From: a virus
Taxonomy: Duplodnaviria; Caudoviricetes
IMG/VR virus record: IMGVR_UViG_3300008267_000012
Reading direction: 5' to 3' (one strand)
DNA: 64,000 nucleotides
The notes beneath the pieces were generated by a model. The model was not told where the DNA came from. It searched no databases and saw only the letters and a program-made list of their open reading frames with translations. The translations under genes were made by a program, and so were the position numbers. Of this stretch, positions 39,001 through 47,462 are shown in pieces. How positions within the stretch are numbered: the first letter of the stretch is position 1; every line of letters begins with the position of its first letter.

Positions 39001-39907
39001 TTGATATAGTATCTAAATTATAACCATCAAAAGCTAATGGAAAATTTAATGTATAATCAATAAATTCTAATTCATCATCCTCATTAACTTGAGGAATTTT
39101 AAATTGAAATGTATATTTAGGTGTCGTATCTCTATTTAAAAAATATCTCTCAAGTTCATTTAGACTACCATAAAATTTATTAAACTCAATATCATTTGGT
39201 GTAATTAAAAATCTGTCACTAATATTTTGCGGTGTAGAATTACCAGAAAATGGATTACCATCTATTATTAAATATAAATAAGATGAGTTTGTATTACTTA
39301 TACCTGTAAATCCTTCTATTCCATATATTATACCATTATATGTTAAAACGTAATCATTAAATCTTACAGGAATATTATATAAATCCCTTGATTCCAATAA
39401 TTTATTTGCGGATAAGTTTAAAAAGAACGGATTCTCAATAACATTTATTGGAATTCTAAAAGATGAAATATTTGTACTATCATCATATGTATAATCCAAT
39501 ACATTGTAATATGTTACACCACTTACAAAATCATTTATATGTAAACCACCAGGAAATTTATTAATAATATTATTAATAGTTATTCTAAATTTTTCCTTTA
39601 GTGAACCATAAACAGCATGTGCGGATAAATTAGTTTTATCAATATTTAATTTTAATTTATCAGCAATTTTAATGTAACTGTTAAGTTCATTAATATTGTA
39701 AATTTTTAAATCGCTAAGTGTGACATTTCTTCTCGTTATTAATAATTTCTTATCTCTTTTTATTGTGTTAGAGATAGAAAAACTTGTTGACAAATCAATT
39801 CCACCATTAAAAATGGTAGTTGAATAACTATCATTAAATGTTGAAAATGATGGTAATGAATATTTGTTTACAGGCTCATTCCCAATATATTTTATCTTTT
39901 TTGCCAC
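36002..39907 (-). CDS. Large baseplate wedge protein (gp7/P2 gpI-like core with beta/FN3-like C-terminal domains)
   Basis: 1301 aa, GTG start. FLKSKGTRTAIETIFAFIG motif, NGV.L..G..Y repeats, terminal LTPGGTYFYRIKS. Confidence 0.65.
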   Translation of the reverse strand: MAKKIKYIGNEPVNKYSLPSFSTFNDSYSTTIFNGGIDLSTSFSISNTIKRDKKLLITRRNVTLSDLKIYNINELNSYIKIADKLKLNIDKTNLSAHAVYGSLKEKFRITINNIINKFPGGLHINDFVSGVTYYNVLDYTYDDSTNISSFRIPINVIENPFFLNLSANKLLESRDLYNIPVRFNDYVLTYNGIIYGIEGFTGISNTNSSYLYLIIDGNPFSGNSTPQNISDRFLITPNDIEFNKFYGSLNELERYFLNRDTTPKYTFQFKIPQVNEDDELEFIDYTLNFPLAFDGYNLDTISIRYITFLDKVFEIANLYDDYKSNLIIRKFTPNSLIDFDGTDSFKTESILKIYGNKIDEIKMFFDSLMHINTVSYDKINNIPDTLIKNLARTLSWKAQNIINDKDLVKSIFKTDKTNDTDVSASLAEIDIELWRRIVNNTAFFLKSKGTRTAIETIFAFIGAPESLVDLTEHVYVVDAPIGKTFSITESDNSTGLIARPPYDENGYPAAPSPYDLEFFQVDGNEDFGQKYIDIFRKEGFAVTKTIDNKKSWVYVETATTYSSVNRNTRYKSNDSRLIINTKEIDIGIDIARAIEYDVYQFNVQFNYPVIDTGSTIPYPQRESNNFLVSGLTFAEYIDRVYSSFINAQNRKVSDSAIGSYYPSLTKLYYDYLESPLSTNKKTYRPLYDFVSNIDAIFTVFVEQFIPATTIYDGLIKIRNTEFTPQKYVYKQGIDDGSEFEGSVKDSEQLKQQNVIIIQTELFDTYEDSLSVATITTEVKSSNSGNIDTDPFAYVYRAKNIEPTWDGLVCDNENPSFNITGATKIELSSLTNNSLYNKEIGTGHTVSFNFTSGTETLSASSTVFYFNLHNYDYTPSFDGFSDTPVYTFSALSSSFTSTTEITTLISDSLLTCDTEYIIKPYFKYDVCPQEGLIFTAKTPYTMYENFVYNDYSILYNNPQTERFFDPTKFSLSTGSSVSTLLSNTEYTPLFRNYNTLSDYYFVSTCDAEKPLFTFPVSIETDGLVVETIPVNDTGFTKFNLINEPVGDIVVAANGVTLLEGLEYSADTSINIPSIRVRSFVLSEPLTSDYGDVLTVAYYKNTANNQKLIKENFQYSGSPNITSNGLNYTVNLNYGRAINNSDVVVYINGVMLTNGPDYTISVFNSQNIVLDSDVVLLDGDVISVVYFTPSLGTDVINLTGGSSYAMFWRINSLIPSNVTGNFTHQFYDLPNTGLTGNSLYSINTSYLYNTYDFSQDLTWSLTPLTPGGTYFYRIKSEKYFTTINNIGFTSTTYSDTIKVRLPV

Positions 39908-39921
39908 TTAAATGTATTTTA

Positions 39922-39946
39922 TATAAATAGTTATGAACTATTTATT
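39922..39946. promoter_or_regulatory. Back-to-back candidate late promoters
   Basis: tataaatag (39922-39930) and ctatttatt (39938-39946). Confidence 0.6.
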
Positions 39947-39956
39947 AAAAACTATC

Positions 39957-42116
39957 ATGAGAAATTTAAATTTCTTAAATTCAAATAACAGTAACCACAA
40001 ATCTTTAAGAGTAAGAACAAATATGGGTGACACTTTTCTTAGTGTTAATCTTGACCAAACTTATGAATCTTTAGATATTTTATCTTTAAAAATATATCAA
40101 AAAGATGTTTATAGATTATTTGATGCTGATTATTCTGTTATTGTTGGTAGAGTTACAGGACAAGATGTTGGTATACCAAATGCTAGAATATCAGTTTTTA
40201 TTGAGACAGATGAAGATACTATTATTGGACCGACAAATATTGATGATATTAAAAAAATAGAAGCAGCAGCAATCTATCCTTACAAGACAGTTTTTGATAA
40301 AGATGGTAATGGTAAAATTTATAATCTATTACCCAAATATTCAAGAAACAGAGGTTTTAATGGTTATCCTGCAAATGAAAATGGTATTGGCGCAACACCA
40401 AAAACACCTGTTGGAACACTTCCTGAAAAAGAAGAAATTTTATCAAATGAAACGCTTGCATATGTTTATGAAAAATATTATAAGTTTTCAACATTTACAA
40501 ATGAAAGTGGTGATTATATATTAGTTGTTCCTTCTAATAGGACATATACTGTTAATATGTCTTGTGATATTACAGATATTGGTAAATTTTCAACAACTGC
40601 TGCTTTGTTAAAAGCTGAAGGAGGATTACCAGATTTTTATTTCATGGATGATAATGGTGTTCCAAGTATTAATCCTGAAATACCTTTAGAAAGATTACCA
40701 AATATTGATATACAAAATCAAACCATTTATACTAAACCATTATGGTCACAAAATCCCGATAACAATAATGTTGGTATTAATAGATTAGATTTTAAACTTC
40801 AAAAAAAGATACAACCATTTACTACTGTAATTGGTAATTTTTTTACACAAGCTAAAAATCGTTGGTGGACAAGACCTACCCTTTCAAATACTAATGAAGG
40901 TCAAACAAGAAATGGAGGTGATGATATTAAAATAAATACACATGCCAAAGGGTCATTAAGTATTAGAATTTTCACACTCAAAAATACTGTATTAGAATCA
41001 CATGCAAGTGCTGGGTCTTATGGACCTTATGATGTTAATCAAGATATTGAATTATTACAACAAAGCAAATATCAATTTTTTCAAAATAATGGAAACGCAT
41101 TAATTACAATTACTTGTAATAGAAATAAAGTTGTGACAAATGAATTTGGTGAAATAGTTTCTGTGGCAGATGATAATGAAACAGGTGCATTTACTTCTTT
41201 TAGAGGTTATTTTTTTGTTAATAATAACGAACCTATTGATAATCCACCTGGTGGTGAACAAGCAAATAAAATAGTTCTTAGGATACCACATCTCAGATAT
41301 TATGGCGCATATGATGTATCTAATAGTTATAAACATTTAATATTTTCACATTATAAATTTGATTACGGTGAAATATATAGTTGGGCGCAAAAAAATACAG
41401 TAAAAGCAGTAACACGACCACCAGAAGATGAATATGATGGTGAGCAAACAAATATATTATATTTTGGTGAAAATGGTTTTGGAAATATATCTAGAAGTTC
41501 TTATTTAAATAAATATCCAAATGCTAACTATAGTAATAGTTATGGGCAAGGTCAATCATATTTAAATTTTTATAACCATTTAAAAGAAGGAACTTCAGCC
41601 GATGCATCAACAGGTAATGGCAATAATAACGCAAGATTAATTTTTGCAATTAAAAATCAATGGATGAATTTTTCTATATATTTTATAAATTTTGAATATA
41701 GACAGGATGCATCACTTATTTATCCAATTCGTGTAGATTCAGATATTGTTCCTGAAACTGATGCTGATGTAAATTTTTTAGACCACAATACTATGCCATT
41801 AGGTGGGGGTCAATATGATAGTAGATTTTTAGCAAATGGAGTGACAATAAATACAACTTTTTTTAAAGTTGATAAAGAAGACTTATTTAAATTTGCAGAT
41901 TATAGAATTAATAATGTAACTCAGCTTGGATTTAGAATACCCAAATCTCAACTAAAAGGTAGTTACCCTAGATATAATAATAGTAATTATGGTCTTAGTG
42001 GTACACAAACACCATCTTGGTTAAATCAAGATAATGGTGATGATGTAAGTGAAAGATATTTTTTAATAGGACAAATGAATAACAATTGCATTCAGTATTT
42101 ATTCAGTTATTTATAA
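39957..42116 (+). CDS. Structural protein with carboxypeptidase-regulatory-like (beta-sandwich) N-domain
   Basis: VIVGRVTGQDVGIPNARISVF and TFTNESGDYILVVP motifs. The start is likely 39957, because the late motif lies inside the longer ORF call. Confidence 0.55.
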   Translation: MRNLNFLNSNNSNHKSLRVRTNMGDTFLSVNLDQTYESLDILSLKIYQKDVYRLFDADYSVIVGRVTGQDVGIPNARISVFIETDEDTIIGPTNIDDIKKIEAAAIYPYKTVFDKDGNGKIYNLLPKYSRNRGFNGYPANENGIGATPKTPVGTLPEKEEILSNETLAYVYEKYYKFSTFTNESGDYILVVPSNRTYTVNMSCDITDIGKFSTTAALLKAEGGLPDFYFMDDNGVPSINPEIPLERLPNIDIQNQTIYTKPLWSQNPDNNNVGINRLDFKLQKKIQPFTTVIGNFFTQAKNRWWTRPTLSNTNEGQTRNGGDDIKINTHAKGSLSIRIFTLKNTVLESHASAGSYGPYDVNQDIELLQQSKYQFFQNNGNALITITCNRNKVVTNEFGEIVSVADDNETGAFTSFRGYFFVNNNEPIDNPPGGEQANKIVLRIPHLRYYGAYDVSNSYKHLIFSHYKFDYGEIYSWAQKNTVKAVTRPPEDEYDGEQTNILYFGENGFGNISRSSYLNKYPNANYSNSYGQGQSYLNFYNHLKEGTSADASTGNGNNNARLIFAIKNQWMNFSIYFINFEYRQDASLIYPIRVDSDIVPETDADVNFLDHNTMPLGGGQYDSRFLANGVTINTTFFKVDKEDLFKFADYRINNVTQLGFRIPKSQLKGSYPRYNNSNYGLSGTQTPSWLNQDNGDDVSERYFLIGQMNNNCIQYLFSYL

Positions 42117-43630
42117 TGGAAAATATAAAACCAAATAAACGACACTTACTTGCAACTGATGCTAATTTAAATATAAATTTAGCATTAAAGAACACACATA
42201 AAGAAATAGATGAATTCAATAATAGTAAAGTTGTATCTTTATCTGAATTATCCGTAGAAGAAAGGAATAATTCTTCAAATTTTAGAATATATGGTAACAT
42301 AAATTATTTATCTTTTTTAAGAAATAAAAAAATTGGATATACTATATCAAATCAACTTGGTAGTGTATATTATCCAAATGATATATTAGGTGGGATTGAA
42401 AATTTATTTACAGAAAGTTTTTCAAATATTAGTTTTAATTTAGAAGAATTTTTTGATATCAGAATTTTTAGACTAAAAGAAGTACAAGATATTACAGGAG
42501 ATACATATATAGAAAAATTAGAAGTTGTATCAAACCCATCAGATTATGTTTTAACATATTTTTCATATTCAAAAAATATTTATAATGAAAGAAATTATCA
42601 TTTTAAAATTAACACTTTAGAATTAGACCCATACAAATTAATATCACTTTCATCCCAAACAGGTAATGATGTGGTATATGATAATAAAGTTTATTTAGGT
42701 TTTATACCTAAAGTTGATTTAAATATGGGAACATATGAAAAATTATTTTATAATAGTGAGTATATTAATGAAATAGATTTAAATAGTGAATTTAATTATT
42801 CAGCAGTTTCATTTACAGATGCACAAATTGATTTAATTAATCAAGGAAGTTATTTTTTTACAAGGGATGATATTAAAAAATATTTATTACCAAAATTAAA
42901 TAATTTATTTAGAATTTATAATTTACAAGTTAATGATTATAATATAAATTTAAATTTAAGATTTATTAAAAACTATCTTAATATCGGAAATGGTGATTAT
43001 AATAAAAAGGGAGCAAATGTTCATATAAAGTCATTTAATTCATCAACAAGAGATTTAACAAATATACAAGGAAATCTAATAAAATTTGATAGAGAAAATT
43101 ATACATTTAATGAAATACTAAAAAAAGAATATACAATACAAATTACAATATTTGATTATCCACCAACAAATAATCAAAGTAGTTTTGATGCATATTTAAA
43201 TGAAAATTATAGTGCATATTCATACAGTACTGATGGTGGTTCATATATAAGAGTTGGGTTTTGGTTTATATTTAAACCATTCCATGAAATTGAATTAAAG
43301 AAATTTAGTCAATTTTTAAATGAGGTTGATGTTACAAACACAAATACAATAATTGGGGAAAATGCTATTATTAATAATGGAAAATATGTATGGAGAGACA
43401 TATTAACATATGGTGACCCTGATAATTATGATAGACCGTTTATAAACAATAATCACTATGTTTTTGAAGATATTTTATTTTATCTTAAACCTGATTTATC
43501 AGATAAAAATACAACAGTTTTAGTTAATGAATTCTTATCTAATACTAGAGATAGAGGATTTCTTTTTGATAAAGATAGTTTGAAACCAAGACAAATAAAA
43601 AGAGAAGGATGTACAATTACAATATTTTAA
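42116..43630 (+). CDS. Hypothetical structural (baseplate/tail) protein
   Basis: Asn-rich ORF translationally coupled (TAATG) to the previous gene; start MENIK at 42116. Confidence 0.5.
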   Translation: MENIKPNKRHLLATDANLNINLALKNTHKEIDEFNNSKVVSLSELSVEERNNSSNFRIYGNINYLSFLRNKKIGYTISNQLGSVYYPNDILGGIENLFTESFSNISFNLEEFFDIRIFRLKEVQDITGDTYIEKLEVVSNPSDYVLTYFSYSKNIYNERNYHFKINTLELDPYKLISLSSQTGNDVVYDNKVYLGFIPKVDLNMGTYEKLFYNSEYINEIDLNSEFNYSAVSFTDAQIDLINQGSYFFTRDDIKKYLLPKLNNLFRIYNLQVNDYNINLNLRFIKNYLNIGNGDYNKKGANVHIKSFNSSTRDLTNIQGNLIKFDRENYTFNEILKKEYTIQITIFDYPPTNNQSSFDAYLNENYSAYSYSTDGGSYIRVGFWFIFKPFHEIELKKFSQFLNEVDVTNTNTIIGENAIINNGKYVWRDILTYGDPDNYDRPFINNNHYVFEDILFYLKPDLSDKNTTVLVNEFLSNTRDRGFLFDKDSLKPRQIKREGCTITIF

Positions 43631-44367
43631 GTCAAAATACAAGTGGAAATGGTTATAGTGTCAATATTGATATTAATCAATCTTTTAATTTATTACCTAA
43701 AAGTGAATCAATTAAAAAATATATTGATTCTGAAACAAAAAAAGCATTTGCTCAAACATTAATAGATGATAAAGATGAAGAATATGTAACCTTTATACCA
43801 AGAGATAATTTTAATTTAGTACCATATTTTAATAATGTGGCAGATTATGGTGCTGCTGGGATAACAAATTTTGCATTTACTAAAGAATCATATTATATTT
43901 TTGATTTATATGATAATTATTCGGAAGGAAATCAAAAATTACTATCTAGAAATTATGTAAAATTATTTAGAGTTTTTTCGGCATTTACTGCTACAACTAT
44001 AAGTTTTAAAAATTCTAAATTATCAAAAGAGTTTAGTAATATTTATATACCATCAGATATTATTGTAAATACAAATAAAACAACATTCTTTTTAAAAATT
44101 TCTTTTTTTAACTCTGCGAATGGTAAATTAAGATTTTTTGAATGTAGTCCAGGTAGTATAGACAGTTCAAAAAATTATTTCAAAATTTTTATTGATAAAG
44201 TCAATAAATTATATTATATTTATAATGGTTTTCCTTCATACGACATATATGAAGTTATACAAGAAAAACTAGAAAAATCACAAGTAAATCAAGATGCAAT
44301 AGGTAGGGTTGCACCACCTGAAATAAAAACTAAAAAAACAATTACATCAAGAGGCAAATTTATATGA
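43609..44367 (+). CDS. Hypothetical structural protein
   Basis: 252-aa ORF overlapping its neighbours in the late operon. Confidence 0.5.
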   Translation: MYNYNILSQNTSGNGYSVNIDINQSFNLLPKSESIKKYIDSETKKAFAQTLIDDKDEEYVTFIPRDNFNLVPYFNNVADYGAAGITNFAFTKESYYIFDLYDNYSEGNQKLLSRNYVKLFRVFSAFTATTISFKNSKLSKEFSNIYIPSDIIVNTNKTTFFLKISFFNSANGKLRFFECSPGSIDSSKNYFKIFIDKVNKLYYIYNGFPSYDIYEVIQEKLEKSQVNQDAIGRVAPPEIKTKKTITSRGKFI

Positions 44368-44567
44368 TAGAATTATTAATAAAATTTTTTGGTACATTTA
44401 TACCGAAATTTATGTTTTGTGGGTCAGTATTTTATTTTATCTACATTATGTATATTTTTTTTAGATGCATGAGAAGACAAGAAAAATTATCTGAATCTTT
44501 AACACAAAGAGAAAAACAATATTTTTATTTAGCAATAACTTATATATTTACATTTATTATTATATGA
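44364..44567 (+). CDS. Small membrane protein
   Basis: 67 aa, two hydrophobic segments, ATGA overlaps on both sides. Confidence 0.5.
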   Translation: MIELLIKFFGTFIPKFMFCGSVFYFIYIMYIFFRCMRRQEKLSESLTQREKQYFYLAITYIFTFIII

Positions 44568-45031
44568 AATTTAAAAAAATAATTGAAGAACTTAAAAACT
44601 ATATCGTTCAAATTAACTTTGACGATTTTGTTGATGTTTATATGTCATTTCCATCTGATTGGGATATGACCCCATTCTTTGAAGAGAATGAAGTTTACAT
44701 ATTAGAAAATCCTAAAAAAACTTTTGAGGATAATGGAAGACAATACAATATCTATCAGTTTCTTTTAAAATCTGTTGATTATACAGATGAGTTATTTAAT
44801 ATTCTAGTTCAAATAAAAAATACTTTTCTAGAAAGAGAAAAAATGATTTTTGAATTAAATCAAAAACTTGAACAAGAAAAGAAAGAACTTGAAGAAAGTA
44901 TTAATAAAAAAATTAATTCAATTCGTACTACTCCATCACCTAAAAAACCTAAGAATGAAATTGTGGAAAAGATTGAAGAAGTGAATGAATTAAAGAATAT
45001 AGATGATATTATGACTACTTATAGTAAATAA
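44564..45031 (+). CDS. Hypothetical coiled-coil protein
   Basis: 155-aa ORF. Confidence 0.5.
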   Translation: MKFKKIIEELKNYIVQINFDDFVDVYMSFPSDWDMTPFFEENEVYILENPKKTFEDNGRQYNIYQFLLKSVDYTDELFNILVQIKNTFLEREKMIFELNQKLEQEKKELEESINKKINSIRTTPSPKKPKNEIVEKIEEVNELKNIDDIMTTYSK

Positions 45032-45037
45032 GTCATA

Positions 45038-46162
45038 ATGATTTTTAAAGATTCACAAGAGCAATTAAAACTTTATAAACAAATTAGAGTATCAATAGGT
45101 GAACCTGTTCGTGATTATAATGATTGGGTTACTGATGATGTTATTGATACCTATGTTGAAATGGCTTTAGAAGATTATATCTCTTATTTGGATAATTGGT
45201 TAATTGAACAACAATGGTCAACCTTAGAAGGTCTTAGTATTAGTTCAGCTAACTTTGTTGAAGCATTTACAACTAAAACACTTGATTTTGAAAAATCCTT
45301 TGCTGTTGCTTATGGCAAACAAACAGGTATTTCTACATTAGGAGAATGGGAACTAAAAAGTGATTATGTAGTCATCTCTGCTGATACACAAGTTTATACA
45401 ATACCATCAGGAAGAGAAATAAATGAAATTCTTTGGTATACACCTCCACAAATTGCAACTAATATTCTTGACCCTATTGGTATGGGTGGTGGTTGGTTTG
45501 GCGCACCAACAGGTTGGTATTATGGTAATGTACCTGCACAATCAATGTTACCATCATTTTCATTGATTCTATCTACTATGGATAGATTACAAAAGAAAAA
45601 GATTATACAAAGTGAATTAACATATAGAATAGCACCAGGACCAAATAAAACAAAGAAACTTTTCTTATATCCAATACCAGGGAGTAGGGAAGAAATTGTT
45701 GGTAAATTTGGTAAATCATATGAAGGTTCTAAAGTATGGTATTTTTATTATGATACATTTGATAATGAACAAAGAGATAAATGTTTAGAAGAAAATGAAG
45801 ATATTGTAAAACTTCCTTCTGATGTTCCAATTAGAATGAAAAAATGGGAAAACTTAAATGCACCTTCTAAAAACAAAGTAAGAAGATTAGCGGTAGCATA
45901 TGTTAAAAAATTCCTTGCAACTATTTGGGCAAAAACATCAGGTAAAATTAAATTACCTCAAAGAGATGAAGTTCTTGAAATAGATTATAAATATTTTGCT
46001 GAAGATTATGATAAAGAAAAAGAAGCTATATTTAAAGAATTACAAGAACAATTAGCAGATTTTACATATCAAAAGATTATGGAAAAGAAAGCATCAATTG
46101 GTGAAAATCTAAATAAAGTTTTATCATATGCTCCTGCACAAACTCAAATAATTTGGAAATAA
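45038..46162 (+). CDS. Neck / head-tail adaptor protein, gp13-like
   Basis: QIRVSIGEP...TDD.ID..V.MALEDY and KIKLP...LEIDY...ED..KEKE motifs; adjacent to the gp14-like gene. Confidence 0.75.
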   Translation: MIFKDSQEQLKLYKQIRVSIGEPVRDYNDWVTDDVIDTYVEMALEDYISYLDNWLIEQQWSTLEGLSISSANFVEAFTTKTLDFEKSFAVAYGKQTGISTLGEWELKSDYVVISADTQVYTIPSGREINEILWYTPPQIATNILDPIGMGGGWFGAPTGWYYGNVPAQSMLPSFSLILSTMDRLQKKKIIQSELTYRIAPGPNKTKKLFLYPIPGSREEIVGKFGKSYEGSKVWYFYYDTFDNEQRDKCLEENEDIVKLPSDVPIRMKKWENLNAPSKNKVRRLAVAYVKKFLATIWAKTSGKIKLPQRDEVLEIDYKYFAEDYDKEKEAIFKELQEQLADFTYQKIMEKKASIGENLNKVLSYAPAQTQIIWK

Positions 46163-46657
46163 ATGGCAAAAACACCGTATTATAATCAAAAAGATTACTT
46201 AATTGACCTTAGAATGTCAAAAGACTATATTGATGAAGATATGGGTTTATTTATATATTTATTCTCAATAAATATTACAGCATCTAAAAAAGATATCTAT
46301 GGTGAAAGCTTACCAACAGAAAAAGAATTTGCTGACCCTGTTAAATTAAGTGCATTCGTTTCATTAAGTAAATCAGAAACATCTAAGTTAGGAAATAATA
46401 TGCTTATTAATGAAACAATGGAATCAGTTAAATTTGGTATATTTTTAGATGAATTGGAAAAAACACAAGCAGACCCTAAAAAGGGGGATTTTCTTTTGTA
46501 TGATGATAATCAAACAAAAAGATTTTATGAAATAAATACAATAACTAATATACTCAGCAATAATCAAATGTATAATTATAATCCATTTTTTAAAGAGATT
46601 AGTGCAAGTTATGTTAGAGATTACAGATTACCTCAAAACCTTAAAAATTATGTATAG
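46163..46657 (+). CDS. Neck / head closure protein, gp14-like
   Basis: DIYGES...EF.DPV.L and DPKKGDFL motifs. Confidence 0.7.
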   Translation: MAKTPYYNQKDYLIDLRMSKDYIDEDMGLFIYLFSINITASKKDIYGESLPTEKEFADPVKLSAFVSLSKSETSKLGNNMLINETMESVKFGIFLDELEKTQADPKKGDFLLYDDNQTKRFYEINTITNILSNNQMYNYNPFFKEISASYVRDYRLPQNLKNYV

Positions 46658-46715
46658 ATGTGGATGTCAAGGTACTAAAAAACCATCAGTAACCGTTAGA
46701 AGACCTAGAAGATAA
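46650..46715 (+). CDS. 21-aa Cys/basic micro-protein MYRCGCQGTKKPSVTVRRPRR
   Basis: Not in the ORF track. It fills the 46657-46715 gap; its start overlaps the end of the gp14-like gene and its TAA overlaps the next ATG (TAATG). Confidence 0.55.
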   Translation: MYRCGCQGTKKPSVTVRRPRR

Positions 46716-47008
46716 TGTACGAATTATTTTTATCAATAGCAATTGGCTTTTGTTCAGCTCAATTGACTAGAGTATTAGATTTTTCTTTTAATGAAGGAAA
46801 TATATTAGATTGGTATTATATACTTTTATTAAAGTATGTTGAACCTATATCAAAAAAAGTAGCAAAACCTCTTGGTACTTGCATTAAATGCTTTTCCGTA
46901 TGGGTTTGTTTTTTTATCTTTGGAGTATTTTGTTTATTTACAACACTCCCTTGGTTCTTTATATTTCTATCTCAAGGCATTAGTGCTTTTATAATCTATA
47001 GAGAGTAA
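46715..47008 (+). CDS. Membrane protein, DUF1360-like
   Basis: Hydrophobic protein with a LGTCIKCFSVW (CxxC.SxW) motif. Confidence 0.5.
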   Translation: MYELFLSIAIGFCSAQLTRVLDFSFNEGNILDWYYILLLKYVEPISKKVAKPLGTCIKCFSVWVCFFIFGVFCLFTTLPWFFIFLSQGISAFIIYRE

Positions 47009-47394
47009 ATATCTCTAGCCTCATATTTCTTTACATACATCTTAACCAATCTACCTGCAATAGCATTGGCTGTATCTTCTATTACACCACCTATATCAGG
47101 TATATTACCTGTAATTTTTCCTTGTAAATCTTGTTTCTGATGAACAAGTTCATGCGCCAATGTTCTAAGTACATCAGCAATTTGTCTTCCTTCAGCAATT
47201 GTATAAACACATTTATCCGATGGATTATAACCTCCTGTTGTTATATCTAATTTATTTTTTCTTGTCAGTAAAAATACTCTTATATCATTAGTAATATCTA
47301 ATTCATCCCTACAAAATTTTAAAAACATTGTTAAATGTTTAAACTTAGCAGGATTTAAATTGTCTATTTTTTTTGAAAAAGAAACTTTAATCAT
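46996..47394 (-). CDS. Zincin-like metallopeptidase
   Basis: RTLAHELVHQKQ (HExxH) plus a downstream EDTANAIAG third ligand. A late motif is at 47400-47408. Confidence 0.7.
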   Translation of the reverse strand: MIKVSFSKKIDNLNPAKFKHLTMFLKFCRDELDITNDIRVFLLTRKNKLDITTGGYNPSDKCVYTIAEGRQIADVLRTLAHELVHQKQDLQGKITGNIPDIGGVIEDTANAIAGRLVKMYVKKYEARDIYSL

Positions 47395-47413
47395 TTTATT
47401 ATAAATAGTAAAT

Positions 47414-47441
47414 AAAAAAGGGGTAGAAAAATCTACCCCTT
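47414..47441 (-). terminator. Terminator after the major capsid gene
   Basis: aaggggtaga-aaaa-tctacccctt hairpin with an A6 run (U tail on the minus strand). Confidence 0.8.
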
Positions 47442-47462
47442 AATTTTTTATTCTAATCTATA

